Source of the DNA: Rhodanobacter sp.
Lineage (GTDB): Bacteria; Pseudomonadota; Gammaproteobacteria; Xanthomonadales; Rhodanobacteraceae
DNA: 64,000 bases
Direction: 5' to 3'
Assembly: GCA_024711345.1 (NCBI GenBank)
Contig: JANJTA010000035.1
Span: 328,170-392,169, forward strand
The notes under the pieces are model-generated. The model did no database searches. It was not told the DNA's origin and saw only the letters and a list, made by a program, of their open reading frames with translations. A program made the position numbers and the translations under genes. This document shows, one piece after another, positions 9,819 to 19,832 of the stretch (its first letter is position 1; every line of letters begins with the position of its first letter).

Positions 9819-10149
9819 GTTCGCCAAATAGCGTCAGAAAACGAACATTTTCTGTGAAAATCGCCGAAATGCCACGAATGGCAGTGATCTGGCGATAGGC
9901 AACAGATTCTCGAAAAATTCCAGGGAAGCTTAAATATTCCCTTTTGTTTCAATGGATTAACGAGAATTTTCCAACAAGAATCGCCGGGCCGATCGCCCAT
10001 TCGGCGAACTCGGGAGTATCATCCTCAGTCCGCGGGTTGATCACTTGGCAGTGGGCCCCCGGATCGCGGCTCGGCGCGTCAGGTGAGTAGCTCCTCAGCC
10101 TGGTGTGTCCGGGCCGCACTTTTGCCCGCACGGCACTTCCCCACCCGCA

Positions 10150-10180
10150 GAAACGAAAAGGCCGGCGTATCGCCGGCCTT
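10150..10180 (-). terminator. rho-independent terminator of the HiPIP gene
   Basis: Minus strand reads AAGGCCGGCG-ATA-CGCCGGCCTT followed by TTTCGTTTC, 28 nt downstream of the stop at 10208. Confidence 0.7.
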
Positions 10181-10207
10181 CCGATGCAAGCTTCTGGATC
10201 GATGCAA

Positions 10208-10540
10208 TCAGGCTTTCTTCGGCGTGTGCGAAACGCACCAACCCTTCGCGTTCACCGACTTGCCCGGGAACAACTGGCAGGGGCCGCGACCGGTGGGGCC
10301 GCCGCTGTAGAACTGGCAATTGGTGCAGTCGTCGCCGGCCTTGTGCTTCGCGTTGGCGGTCTTGGTGGCGTCCTCCACATAGCCCAGCGCCTTCGCGGTC
10401 GGATCCGACTCGCTCAGTGCCGGCAGATCCGCCGCCCGCGCAAAGCGCGGCAGGCTGCCGATGACCACGGCAGCGGCGGTGGTGCCGGCAGCCACCTTGA
10501 GGAACCGGCGACGTGATTCGATATCTTGTTCTTTCGACAT
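10208..10540 (-). CDS. high-potential iron-sulfur protein (HiPIP), Tat-exported
   Basis: ATG 10540 within ORF 10208..10606. Twin-arginine signal SRRRFLKVAAG and four Cys in HiPIP spacing (CTNCQFY...GPCQLF...GWCVSH). Confidence 0.85.
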   Translation of the reverse strand: MSKEQDIESRRRFLKVAAGTTAAAVVIGSLPRFARAADLPALSESDPTAKALGYVEDATKTANAKHKAGDDCTNCQFYSGGPTGRGPCQLFPGKSVNAKGWCVSHTPKKA

Positions 10541-10705
10541 GGGCAAGCCTCCGTCGGAATCTGTCCGGCACACCCTGCGCCGGATCCTCGCCGATGGTAC
10601 GCGCACCGTCCCAATCCTTCCTGACTTGCGAGAATGGCTCTCATTACAGCCCGATCGCGCAGCAGCGCATGGTATAGTCCACGCTCATTTGGACGTCCAA
10701 ACCGC

Positions 10706-11356
10706 ATGAGCCAGACCCTGCCAGCCGCGATCCCCGCCAGCGTATTCGAACGCTGCGCCGACGCCATCGTCGACGCCGCACGCGAGCTGTCGGCGCTGGG
10801 CTGGACGCCAGCCACCAGCAGCAATTTCTCCATGCGGGTCGACGCTGGCCACGCGGCGATCACCGTCTCGGGCAAGCACAAGGGCCGACTGGGCCGCGGC
10901 GACATCATGCTGATCGACCTGGACGGTCATCCGGTGGGCACCGACGCCCGCCCCAGCGCCGAAACGGCGTTGCACACCCAGGTCTACCGGCGCTGGCCGG
11001 AAGTGAACGTGGTGCTGCATACCCACTCGCGCGTGCAGAGCGTGGCCTCGCGCCTGTTCGCCGCCGACGGCGTGATGCGCCTGCAGGGTTGGGAACTGCA
11101 GAAGGCGATCGCCGGCTACCACAGCCACGAAAGCGTGCTGGAGATTCCGGTGTTCCCGAATACCCAGCACATGCCCGAGCTGGTGGCGCGCATCGACGCC
11201 TGGCTGGACGCCGGCAAGCCGCTCGCTGCCTACCTGATCGACGGCCACGGCATCTACACCTGGGGCCACGACATGGCCGAGACCCGGCGCCACCTGGAAG
11301 CGCTGGAGTTCCTGCTCGGCTGCGAACTTGACCTGAAGAGACTGAGGGCATCATGA
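10706..11356 (+). CDS. mtnB: methylthioribulose-1-phosphate dehydratase
   Basis: ATG 10706 within ORF 10634..11356. Class II aldolase/adducin fold (GWTPATSSNFS, AETALHTQVY, VLHTHS). Followed by mtnD and mtnC. Confidence 0.87.
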   Translation: MSQTLPAAIPASVFERCADAIVDAARELSALGWTPATSSNFSMRVDAGHAAITVSGKHKGRLGRGDIMLIDLDGHPVGTDARPSAETALHTQVYRRWPEVNVVLHTHSRVQSVASRLFAADGVMRLQGWELQKAIAGYHSHESVLEIPVFPNTQHMPELVARIDAWLDAGKPLAAYLIDGHGIYTWGHDMAETRRHLEALEFLLGCELDLKRLRAS

Positions 11357-11904
11357 GCCGCCTGCGCATCTTCGACGAAACCCGACCGCAATCGCCGCTG
11401 ACGGTGATCGACGAGCACGCGGCGATCGCCGCCGAGCTCGCCCGGGCCGGTGTCCGCTTCGAGCAATGGGCCGCGAGCCAGCCGATCGTCCCGGGCGCCA
11501 GCCAGGACGAGGTGATTGCCGCCTATCGCAGCGACATCGACCGGCTGATGGGCGAGGAAGGCTACCAGGCAGTGGACGTGATCAGCCTCGCCCCGGACCA
11601 TCCCGACCGCGCCGCACTGCGTCAGAAGTTCCTCAGCGAGCACACCCATAGCGAGGACGAGGTGCGCTTCTTCGTCGCCGGTTCCGGCCAGTTCACCCTG
11701 CACCTCGGCAGCAAGGTCTACGACATCCTGTGCGAGCAGGGCGACCTGATCGGCGTGCCCGACGGCACCCGGCACTGGTTCGACATGGGCGAGGCGCCCT
11801 ACTTCGTGGCGATCCGCCTGTTCACCAACAAGGAAGGCTGGGTGGCCAACTTCACCGGCGACGACATCGCCGAGCGCTTCCCGCGCATGGCGCCTGCCGT
11901 GTAG
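11353..11904 (+). CDS. mtnD: acireductone dioxygenase (ARD)
   Basis: 183 aa. ARD cupin (EHTHSEDEVRFFVAGSGQF...GTRHWF). ATGA overlap with mtnB. Confidence 0.9.
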   Translation: MSRLRIFDETRPQSPLTVIDEHAAIAAELARAGVRFEQWAASQPIVPGASQDEVIAAYRSDIDRLMGEEGYQAVDVISLAPDHPDRAALRQKFLSEHTHSEDEVRFFVAGSGQFTLHLGSKVYDILCEQGDLIGVPDGTRHWFDMGEAPYFVAIRLFTNKEGWVANFTGDDIAERFPRMAPAV

Positions 11905-11927
11905 GAGCCCGCTCGCGGGCGATGCTC
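11901..11927. repeat. solo GTAG-type REP arm
   Basis: GTAGGAGCCCGCTCGCGGGCGATGCTC. Its GTAG overlaps the TAG stop of mtnD (11902-11904). Confidence 0.8.
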
Positions 11928-11954
11928 TTCCCGAAACCCGAATCCTGAACGGCC

Positions 11955-12641
11955 ATGATCGAAATCCGCGCCATCGTCACCGATATCGAGGGCACCACCA
12001 GTTCGATCGACTTCGTCCGCGAGGTGCTGTTTCCGTACGCGCGCAAGCGGCTGCCGGCCTTCGTCGAGACCCACGGCGACAAGCCCGAGGTGCAGCACTG
12101 GCTGCACGAGGCGGCCAGGGAGGCCGGGCTGGTCGAGGCCACCCGTCAGGACATCATCGAGCTGCTGCTCAAGTGGATCGACCAGGACCGCAAGTCCACC
12201 GCGCTGAAGGCGCTGCAGGGCATGATCTGGAAGGACGGCTACGAGGCCGGCGACTACCGCGCGCACATCTATCCGGAAGTCGCCGCGCGGCTGCGCGACT
12301 GGCGCGCCGACGGGCTGCGCCTGTACGTCTATTCCTCCGGCTCGGTGCCGGCGCAGAAACTGTTTTTCCGTCATAGCGAGGCCGGCGACCTCGGCGCGCT
12401 GTTTGCCGGCTACTTCGATACCGAGACCGGCCCGAAGCGCGAGACCGAATCCTACCGGCGCATCGCCGACGCCATCGGCGAGCAGCCACGCCACCTGCTG
12501 TTCCTGTCCGACATCGTCGAGGAACTCGACGCCGCGCAAGCGGCCGGTTTCCATACCGGCTGGCTGGTGCGCGCACCGCAGGCGCTGCCCGACACGCCGC
12601 GCCATGCGGTCTATCGCGATTTCGACGCGATCAGGCCCTGA
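11955..12641 (+). CDS. mtnC: enolase-phosphatase E1 (acireductone synthase)
   Basis: 228 aa. HAD motif I VTDIEGTT and motif FLSD. Methionine-salvage gene context. Confidence 0.9.
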   Translation: MIEIRAIVTDIEGTTSSIDFVREVLFPYARKRLPAFVETHGDKPEVQHWLHEAAREAGLVEATRQDIIELLLKWIDQDRKSTALKALQGMIWKDGYEAGDYRAHIYPEVAARLRDWRADGLRLYVYSSGSVPAQKLFFRHSEAGDLGALFAGYFDTETGPKRETESYRRIADAIGEQPRHLLFLSDIVEELDAAQAAGFHTGWLVRAPQALPDTPRHAVYRDFDAIRP

Positions 12642-12650
12642 AGCCGCCGC

Positions 12651-13655
12651 ATGCGCCCCGCCATGCGTAGCATCCTGACCATTCTGCTCGCGTTTGCGGC
12701 CGGGGTATTGCTGGCGACCTGGTGGCCCGGCCAGCCGGCGGTGCCAGCGTCCACCAGCCCCGTCAGCATGGCAGCGGACGCTGCGCCGGGCGGCGATGCC
12801 AGCATCGACCGCTGGCCCAGCCAGGCGCCCACCCCGGAACAGGTGCTGTACGCGCAGCCGCGGATGATGCGCGACGCGCTGGCGCAACTCGGCCCGCGCG
12901 TGCCCGGCCAGCCGAACCTGTACCTGCTCGCCTTCGCCGGCGACGGCGGCGAGGATGTGTTCCGCAACGAGGCCGAGTACGCCGCGCGGTTGTTCGCGCA
13001 ACGCTTCGGCGCCAGCGCGCACAGCCTGGTGCTGGAGAACAACCCGGCCAGCCTGACCACCCGGCCGCTGGCCAGCTGGAGCAACCTGGAAACCGCGCTC
13101 GAAGGCCTGGGCAAGGTGATGCAGCCGGACCAGGACATCCTGCTGCTGTACTTCACCAGCCACGGCAGCGAGGACCACGACCTGCTGCTCGACATGGACC
13201 CGCTGCCGCTGGACCAGCTTGGCGCCAACGACTTGGCCGGCATCCTCGCCATGCACCCATTCAAGTGGAAGGTGGTGGTGATCAACGCCTGCTACTCGGG
13301 TGGCTTCGTTCCGCCGCTGCGCGGCCCCGGCACCCTGGTGCTCACCGCCGCCCGCGCCGACCGCAGCTCGTTCGGCTGCGGCAGCGATTCGGACATCACC
13401 TATTTCGGCAAGGCCTGGCTGGTCGATGCGCTGAACCACACCGACAACTTTGCGGACGCGTTCCAACGGGCCAGCAACGAGATCAGCCGGTGGGAACGGC
13501 AGGACAAGCTCACTCCCTCGGAACCGCAGATTGACATCGGCAGCGGCATCGCCGGGCAACTCGCCCTGTGGCGCAAGGGGCTGAAGCCCGGACCGGCGTT
13601 GCCGTTCAGGCCGGCGGCACCGGCCGGCAACGCATCCGTCGCCACGCCGCAGTAG
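12651..13655 (+). CDS. peptidase C13 (legumain/caspase-fold) family protein, membrane-anchored
   Basis: 334 aa. N-terminal TM helix (ILTILLAFAAGVLLATWW). Catalytic-dyad-like LLLYFTSHGSED and VVVINACYSGGF. Confidence 0.72.
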   Translation: MRPAMRSILTILLAFAAGVLLATWWPGQPAVPASTSPVSMAADAAPGGDASIDRWPSQAPTPEQVLYAQPRMMRDALAQLGPRVPGQPNLYLLAFAGDGGEDVFRNEAEYAARLFAQRFGASAHSLVLENNPASLTTRPLASWSNLETALEGLGKVMQPDQDILLLYFTSHGSEDHDLLLDMDPLPLDQLGANDLAGILAMHPFKWKVVVINACYSGGFVPPLRGPGTLVLTAARADRSSFGCGSDSDITYFGKAWLVDALNHTDNFADAFQRASNEISRWERQDKLTPSEPQIDIGSGIAGQLALWRKGLKPGPALPFRPAAPAGNASVATPQ

Positions 13656-13661
13656 GCCGGT

Positions 13662-14288
13662 TCATCCGCGTCGCGCATGCCGTTCGGCCAGCACGCGGGC
13701 GACGTCGGCCAAGCCAAGTCCACGCGCGCGCAACGCCACGGCGAGATGGAACAGCAGGTCCGCCGCCTCGCCCAGCAGATCGGTGTCGTCCTGGGCCACC
13801 GCGGCCAGCGCCGTTTCCACGCCTTCCTCGCCCACCTTCTGCGCGATGCGGCGGATGCCGCCGTCGAACAGCCTGGTGGTGTAACTGCCTTGCGGCCGCT
13901 CGGCATGACGCTGCGCGACCAGCGCGTCGAGTTCGGCGAGGAAGCCCAGCGGCGGACGCGCGTCGTCGCCGAAGCAGCTGGAGGTGCCGAGGTGGCAGGT
14001 CGGGCCGTGCGGCTCGGCCTGGACCAGCAAGGTATCGGCGTCGCAGTCGATGCGGAGGGATTTCAGCACCAGCACGTGGCCGGAGCTTTCGCCCTTGGTC
14101 CACAGCCGTTGCTTGCTGCGGCTGTAGAACGTGACCTTGCCGCTGGCCTGCGTCTGCGCCAGCGCCTCGGCATTCATGTAGCCGAGCATCAGCACCTCGC
14201 CGCTCAGCCAGTGCTGCACGACGGCCGGCAGCAGGCCGTCGCCCTTGGCCCAGTCGAGACGACTGAAATCCGAATCGGGGTTGCTCAT
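13662..14288 (-). CDS. hisIE: bifunctional phosphoribosyl-AMP cyclohydrolase / phosphoribosyl-ATP pyrophosphatase
   Basis: 208 aa. HisI part (LLPAVVQH...YSRSKQRLWTKGESSGH) fused to a HisE part (IAQKVGEEGVE). Confidence 0.93.
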   Translation of the reverse strand: MSNPDSDFSRLDWAKGDGLLPAVVQHWLSGEVLMLGYMNAEALAQTQASGKVTFYSRSKQRLWTKGESSGHVLVLKSLRIDCDADTLLVQAEPHGPTCHLGTSSCFGDDARPPLGFLAELDALVAQRHAERPQGSYTTRLFDGGIRRIAQKVGEEGVETALAAVAQDDTDLLGEAADLLFHLAVALRARGLGLADVARVLAERHARRG

Positions 14289-14307
14289 GGTCTGGCTTCC
14301 TTGATGC

Positions 14308-15078
14308 TCACAGGCGCACGGTCACATTGCACTCGCGCAGGTAACGCTTGAGTTCGGGGATCGCGATGGCGCCGGAGTGGAACACGCTGGCCGCCAGCGC
14401 GCCGTCCACGTCGGCCTCGACGAAGGCGTCGCGGAAGTGCTCCGGTGCGCCGGCGCCGCCGGAGGCGACCAGCGGCACGTGGCAGATCGCCCGCACCGCC
14501 TTGAGCTGCTCCAGGTCGTAGCCGCCGCGCACGCCGTCGCTGCCCATGCAATTCAGCACGATCTCGCCGGCACCGCGCTGCTGCACTTCGACCACCCAGT
14601 CCAGCGTGCGGCGCGGCAGCGCCCGGGTCTTCGCGGGGTCGCCGGTGTACTGGCGCACGCGCCACTCGCCGTCGGCGTCGCGCAGCGAGTCGATGCCGAC
14701 CACCACGCACTGCACGCCGAACGCGGCGGCCAGCTCGTCGATCAGTTCCGGCCGCTCCAGCGCCGGCGAGTTCACCGAGATCTTGTCGGCGCCCGCGTGC
14801 AGCACCGCGCGTGCCTCGTCCACCGAGCGGATGCCGCCGGCGACGCAGAACGGGATGTCGATCGCACGGGCAACCTTCTCGACCCAGCCGCGGTCCACGC
14901 TGCGCCCCTGCGGGCTGGCGGTGATGTCGTAGAACACCAGCTCGTCGGCGCCTTCGTCGCGGTAACGCAGGGCCAGCTCGACGATCTCGCCCATCACCAC
15001 GTGGTCGCGAAAGCGCACGCCCTTGACCACCTGGCCGTCGCGCACGTCCAGGCAGGGAATGATGCGGCGGCTCAGCAT
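14308..15078 (-). CDS. hisF: imidazole glycerol phosphate synthase, cyclase subunit
   Basis: 256 aa, starting [23 protein letters not shown]. Confidence 0.95.
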   Translation of the reverse strand: MLSRRIIPCLDVRDGQVVKGVRFRDHVVMGEIVELALRYRDEGADELVFYDITASPQGRSVDRGWVEKVARAIDIPFCVAGGIRSVDEARAVLHAGADKISVNSPALERPELIDELAAAFGVQCVVVGIDSLRDADGEWRVRQYTGDPAKTRALPRRTLDWVVEVQQRGAGEIVLNCMGSDGVRGGYDLEQLKAVRAICHVPLVASGGAGAPEHFRDAFVEADVDGALAASVFHSGAIAIPELKRYLRECNVTVRL

Positions 15079-15800
15079 GCCAGGGCCTCCTCGACGGTGA
15101 AGCGCCCTTCCAGCAGCGCGCGGCCGAGGATGACGCCGCGCGCGCCGGCTTCACGCGCGGCGCGGATGTCGTCCAGCGAGCGCACGCCGCCGGAGGCCTG
15201 CACGGCCAGCGACGGCACCGTGGCGGCGAGGTGGCGATAGAGATCGAGGTTGAGACCCGCCAGCATGCCGTCGCGGTCGATGTCGGTGCACAGCAGGTGG
15301 CGCGCGCCGCGCGCGGCGTACCACGGCGCCAGCTCGTCCAGCGTGCGCGCCTCGGCTTCGGTCCAGCCGGCGCTGGGCAGGCTCCAGCGGCCGTCGAGGC
15401 GGCGCGTGTCGAGCGCGAGGGTCAGCCGTTCGGCGCCGTACCTGTCCAGCCAGCCGGCCACGAGCTCGGGATCGCGGATCGCCACGCTGCCCAGCACCAC
15501 GCGCTGCACGCCGGCGTCGAACAGCCGGCGCAAGTCGTCTTCGCCCCGTACGCCGCCACCGGCCTGGATCTGCATGCCATCGGCCGCGATCGCCTGGATC
15601 ACCGCGAGATTGGCGAGGCTGCCCGAACGCGCGCCGTCCAGGTCGACCAGGTGCAGCCAGCGCGCGCCGGCCTCGGCATGGCGCCGCGCCAGCGCGCGCG
15701 GATCGGCGGCGTAGGTGGTCTGCTGCGCATAGTCGCCCTGCTTCAGGCGCACCACCTGGCCGCCGCGCAGGTCGATCGCGGGGATCACGTCGAAGTTCAT
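15072..15800 (-). CDS. hisA: ProFAR isomerase (1-(5-phosphoribosyl)-5-[(5-phosphoribosylamino)methylideneamino]imidazole-4-carboxamide isomerase)
   Basis: ATG 15800 within ORF 15072..16160, giving [24 protein letters not shown]. Overlaps hisH and hisF. Confidence 0.93.
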   Translation of the reverse strand: MNFDVIPAIDLRGGQVVRLKQGDYAQQTTYAADPRALARRHAEAGARWLHLVDLDGARSGSLANLAVIQAIAADGMQIQAGGGVRGEDDLRRLFDAGVQRVVLGSVAIRDPELVAGWLDRYGAERLTLALDTRRLDGRWSLPSAGWTEAEARTLDELAPWYAARGARHLLCTDIDRDGMLAGLNLDLYRHLAATVPSLAVQASGGVRSLDDIRAAREAGARGVILGRALLEGRFTVEEALAC

Positions 15801-16387
15801 AGTTCGAGGAAGTTCTTCAGCAGCTTCGCGCCGACCGCGGCGGAGCGCTCGGGGTGGAACTGCATGCCGTGAAAGTTGCCGCATGCGACCACCGCCGAGA
15901 ACGCACCGCCGTAGTCGGCGGTGGCCAGGGTCCAGTCGCCAACCGGCACTGCATAGCTGTGGACGAAATAGGCCTGCTCGCCGTCGTCCAGGCCAGCCAG
16001 CAGCGGATGGTCGCGCTGGACCGACAAACCATTCCAGCCCGTCTGCGGCACGCGCAAGCCCGGCGCTTCGACGAAGCGGCGCACCGGCGCGTCGATCACG
16101 CCGAGGCATGCGGTGTCGCCCTCTTCCGAATGCGCGCACAGCAATTGCATGCCGAGGCACACGCCGAGCACGGGCTGTTCCAGCGAACGCAGCACCTCGA
16201 CCAGTCCCAGTTCGCGCAACCGCGCCATGCCGGGGCCGGCGGCGCCCACGCCAGGCAGGATCACCTTGTCGGCGACGCGGATCGTCGCCGCGTCCGCAGT
16301 CAGTGCGGCATCCACGCCCAGCCGCTGCAGCGCGTAGCGCACCGAGCCGATGTTGGTGCCGCCGGCGTCGACCAGGACCACGCCCAT
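15797..16387 (-). CDS. hisH: imidazole glycerol phosphate synthase, glutaminase subunit
   Basis: ATG 16387 within ORF 15797..16993, giving [16 protein letters not shown]. Catalytic GVCLGMQLL. Confidence 0.93.
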   Translation of the reverse strand: MGVVLVDAGGTNIGSVRYALQRLGVDAALTADAATIRVADKVILPGVGAAGPGMARLRELGLVEVLRSLEQPVLGVCLGMQLLCAHSEEGDTACLGVIDAPVRRFVEAPGLRVPQTGWNGLSVQRDHPLLAGLDDGEQAYFVHSYAVPVGDWTLATADYGGAFSAVVACGNFHGMQFHPERSAAVGAKLLKNFLEL

Positions 16388-17451
16388 CACAGCGTTCCCT
16401 TGGTGCTGGGCAGTTCGCTGCCGGAACGGGCGATCGCCTGGCGCAGCGCGCGCGCCACCACCTTGAAGCAGGCCTCGACCATGTGGTGCGCGTTGTCGCC
16501 GCGCACGGCGAGGTGCAGGTTCGCGCCGAGCGTCTCGCACAGCGAGCGGAAGAAATGCGGCACCAGCTCGGTCGGCACCTCGCCCACGCGCTCGCGCGGG
16601 AAGCTGCCCTCGAACACGAAGTACGGCCGACCGGACAGATCCAGCGCGGCGCTGGCCTGCGCCTCGTCCATCGGCAGGGTGAAGCCGTAGCGGCCGATGC
16701 CGCGCTTGTCGCCCAGCGCCTGTTTCAGTGCCTGGCCGAGCGCCAGCGCACAGTCCTCGATGGTGTGGTGCTCGTCGACGTGGGTGTCGCCGTCGCAGTC
16801 GAGTGCCAGCGCGAAGCCGCCGTGCTTGCCGATCTGCTCCAGCATGTGATCGAAGAAACCCAGCCCGGTGTGCGCCTGCGGCTCGGCCACCCGATCCAGG
16901 TCCACGCTGACCGTGATGCGGGTTTCCTTGGTGTTGCGCACCACCGTGGCGGTGCGCGGCGTATCCAGCAACCGGTGCGCCAGTTCTTCCCAACCCACGC
17001 CCTGCGGGCCGACGCGGAGACCGCGTACGCCGATGTTCGCGGCCAGCTGCAGGTCGGTCTCGCGATCGCCGATCATCGCCGACGCCGCCCGACTCCAGCC
17101 GTCGTCGGCAAGATAGTGGCGCAGCATGCCGACGCCGGGCTTGCGCGTGTCCAGACCTTCATGCGGGAGGCTGCGGTCGATCAGCACTTCACGGAAGGCG
17201 ATGCCCTGCGAGGCGAGGATGCGCATCAGCAGTTCGTGCGGCCCGCTGAAATGCGGCTCGGGAAAGCTGTCGGTGCCGAGGCCGTCCTGGTTGCTCACCA
17301 TCACCAGCTCGTAGCCCGCGGCGACGAAGCGTTGCAGCGCGGCGATCACGCCGGGCAGCAGGGCCAGCTTCTCGTAGCTGTCGATCTGCTCGTCGGCCGG
17401 CTCCTCGATCAGGCAGCCATCGCGATCGACGAAGAGAATCTTGCGGCTCAC
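16387..17451 (-). CDS. hisB: bifunctional histidinol-phosphatase / imidazoleglycerol-phosphate dehydratase
   Basis: 354 aa. N-terminal HAD phosphatase ([13 protein letters not shown]) and C-terminal IGPD domain. Confidence 0.93.
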   Translation of the reverse strand: MSRKILFVDRDGCLIEEPADEQIDSYEKLALLPGVIAALQRFVAAGYELVMVSNQDGLGTDSFPEPHFSGPHELLMRILASQGIAFREVLIDRSLPHEGLDTRKPGVGMLRHYLADDGWSRAASAMIGDRETDLQLAANIGVRGLRVGPQGVGWEELAHRLLDTPRTATVVRNTKETRITVSVDLDRVAEPQAHTGLGFFDHMLEQIGKHGGFALALDCDGDTHVDEHHTIEDCALALGQALKQALGDKRGIGRYGFTLPMDEAQASAALDLSGRPYFVFEGSFPRERVGEVPTELVPHFFRSLCETLGANLHLAVRGDNAHHMVEACFKVVARALRQAIARSGSELPSTKGTL

Positions 17452-18509
17452 GGGGTGGTTTCCTGCAGGACGGCCAATACCCGATCATTCTCCGCCGGCG
17501 TGCCGATGGTGATGCGCAGCGCGTCGCCGAGGTTCGGGTAACGGCGCACGTCGCGCACCACGATGCCGGCGGCGAGCAGGCGCCGGTAGGCCGCGCCGGC
17601 ATCGTCGAAACGCACGGCGAGAAAGTTCGCCTGCGACGGCAGCACCGCCCGCACGCCGGGCAAGGCTGGCAGGGTTGCCTGCATCCGCCTGCGTTCGGCG
17701 CGCACCACCTCGACCTGCGCGCGCGCGTTCGCCTGGCCCCAGCCGGACAGCGCCAACAAGGCCGCGTCCACGCTCGGCAGCGGCAGCGGGTACGGCGCCA
17801 TGATCCGGCGCAGCAGCGCGATCACTTCGGCGTTCGCCAGCAGGCTGCCGATGCGCACGCCGGCCAGCGCCCAGGCCTTGGACAGGGTGCGCAGCACGGC
17901 GAGGTTGTCGTAACGGTCGATCAGGTCGGCCACGCTGCCCTGATCGGCGAATTCCACATAGGCCTCATCCACCACCAGCAGCGCGCGGCCGGCCAGCGCC
18001 TGCGCCAGCCGCTCGACCTCGGCGCGCGGCACCGGCTGCCCGGTGGGGTTGTTCGGCGTGCAGATGAAGACCAGCTTCACTGCCGGGCTCACGGCGGCCA
18101 GCACGGCATCCGCGTCCAGGCTGAAACCCGCCGCCAGCGGCACCTCGACGATGCCCGCGTCCTGCACCCGCGCGCACACCGCGTACATGCCGAAGGTGGG
18201 CGGCTGGATCAGGATCGCATCGCGGCCGGCGCGGCAGAACGCGCGCACCAGCAGGTCGATCGCCTCGTCGCTGCCGCGGCCAACCAGCAGCTGTTCGCAC
18301 CGCACGCCATATCGCGCCGCCAGCGCATCGACCAGGGCGGCAGGCTGCGGCTCGGGATAGCGGTTGCAGCCAAGGTTGTGGTCGCCCATCGGCGCCCACG
18401 CCGATTCGTTCGCGTTGAGCAGGACCTCGCCGCCGCTGGCTTCCATCCGCGCCGACGAGTACGGCTGCATCGCGCGGATCTCCGGCCGCGCCAGGTCGAG
18501 TACGCTCAT
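17448..18509 (-). CDS. hisC: histidinol-phosphate aminotransferase
   Basis: ATG 18509 within ORF 17448..18746, giving [25 protein letters not shown] overlaps with hisD and hisB. Confidence 0.92.
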   Translation of the reverse strand: MSVLDLARPEIRAMQPYSSARMEASGGEVLLNANESAWAPMGDHNLGCNRYPEPQPAALVDALAARYGVRCEQLLVGRGSDEAIDLLVRAFCRAGRDAILIQPPTFGMYAVCARVQDAGIVEVPLAAGFSLDADAVLAAVSPAVKLVFICTPNNPTGQPVPRAEVERLAQALAGRALLVVDEAYVEFADQGSVADLIDRYDNLAVLRTLSKAWALAGVRIGSLLANAEVIALLRRIMAPYPLPLPSVDAALLALSGWGQANARAQVEVVRAERRRMQATLPALPGVRAVLPSQANFLAVRFDDAGAAYRRLLAAGIVVRDVRRYPNLGDALRITIGTPAENDRVLAVLQETTP

Positions 18510-19804
18510 GCCAATGCCTCCAGGCGCAGGGTCACCGCGCGGCGGTGCGCCTGCAGTTGCTCGGCCGCCGCCAGCGTGGCCGTGCATGGGCCAATGTTGC
18601 GCAAGCCGTCCGCGCTGAGCTCCTGCACGCTGATCTGCTTCTGGTAGCTCGCCACCGATACGCCGCTGTAGCTGCGCGCGTAGCCGTAGGTCGGCAGCAC
18701 ATGGTTGCTGCCGCTGCAGTAGTCGCCCACCGATTCGGGCGTCCACTGGCCGAGGAAGACCGAACCGGCGTTCTCGATGCCATCGAGCAGGTCACGCGGC
18801 GCGGCCACCTGCACGATCAGGTGTTCGGGCGCGTAGCGGTTGCTCACCTCCACCGCCTGCGCCAGCGAGTCGACCGCAATCAGCCGACTCTGCGCGAGCG
18901 CCTGCATCGCGATCGCGGCGCGCGGCAGTCCGGCGCATTGTCGTTCGACTTGGGCTGCCGCGCGGTCCAGCAACGCCGCCGACGGGCTGAGCAGGATCAC
19001 CTGCGAATCCGGCCCGTGCTCGGCCTGCGACAGCAGGTCGGCGGCGACGAACACCGGGTTCGCGTCGGCATCGGCGATCACCAGCACTTCCGACGGGCCG
19101 GCCGGCATGTCGATCGCGGCGCCGTCCGGATCGGACGACACCTGCAGCTTCGCCTCGGTCACCCAGGCGTTGCCGGGGCCGAACAGCTTGTCGCACTTCG
19201 GCACGCTGGCGGTGCCGTACGCCATCGCGGCGATCGCCTGCGCGCCGCCGAGCTTGAATACCCGGTGCACGCCGGTAAGACGCGCGGCATACAGCACCGC
19301 CTCGTCGCAGCGGCCGTCGGCGCGCGCGGGCGAGCACAGCACCACCTCGCGGCAACCGGCGATGCGCGCCGGCACGCCCAGCATCAGCGCGGTCGACGGC
19401 AGCGGCGCGCTGCCGGCCGGTACGTACAGGCCGACCCGGCCGATCGGCCGCAGCATGCGTTCCACCCGCACGCCCGGGGCGGTATCGACCGCCACCGGCT
19501 GCAGCGCGGCCGCACGGTGGAACGCCTCGATGCGCGCAGCCGCCTCGCGGATCGCCGCCTTCAGCGCCGGATCGAGGAAAGCCTCGGCCGCGGCGAATTC
19601 GGCTTCGTCCACCGCGATCGCCTGCAGTACGCAGCGATCGTATTTCGCGCTCAGTTCGCGCAGCGCCGTGTCGCCACCATCGCGCACCGCGGCGATGATC
19701 CGCTCGACGCCGCGGCGCAGCTCATCGGGCCGCGACTGCGCCGGGCGTGCCAGCGCCTCGCGGCGCGCCGCTTCGTCCAGGGCGTTCCAGTCCAGTCGTT
19801 TCAT
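18506..19804 (-). CDS. hisD: histidinol dehydrogenase
   Basis: 432 aa, full-length HisD-like ([23 protein letters not shown]). Confidence 0.95.
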   Translation of the reverse strand: MKRLDWNALDEAARREALARPAQSRPDELRRGVERIIAAVRDGGDTALRELSAKYDRCVLQAIAVDEAEFAAAEAFLDPALKAAIREAAARIEAFHRAAALQPVAVDTAPGVRVERMLRPIGRVGLYVPAGSAPLPSTALMLGVPARIAGCREVVLCSPARADGRCDEAVLYAARLTGVHRVFKLGGAQAIAAMAYGTASVPKCDKLFGPGNAWVTEAKLQVSSDPDGAAIDMPAGPSEVLVIADADANPVFVAADLLSQAEHGPDSQVILLSPSAALLDRAAAQVERQCAGLPRAAIAMQALAQSRLIAVDSLAQAVEVSNRYAPEHLIVQVAAPRDLLDGIENAGSVFLGQWTPESVGDYCSGSNHVLPTYGYARSYSGVSVASYQKQISVQELSADGLRNIGPCTATLAAAEQLQAHRRAVTLRLEALA

Positions 19805-19832
19805 TTCTGCCGGTTCTTCATGCGGGCCCGAT

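Noticed and set aside
9755-10131. ORFs 9755..10000 (81 aa) and 9949..10131 (60 aa) in the AT-rich island.
   Set aside because: No Shine-Dalgarno site, atypical composition for this genome, implausible peptide sequences. Treated as noncoding.
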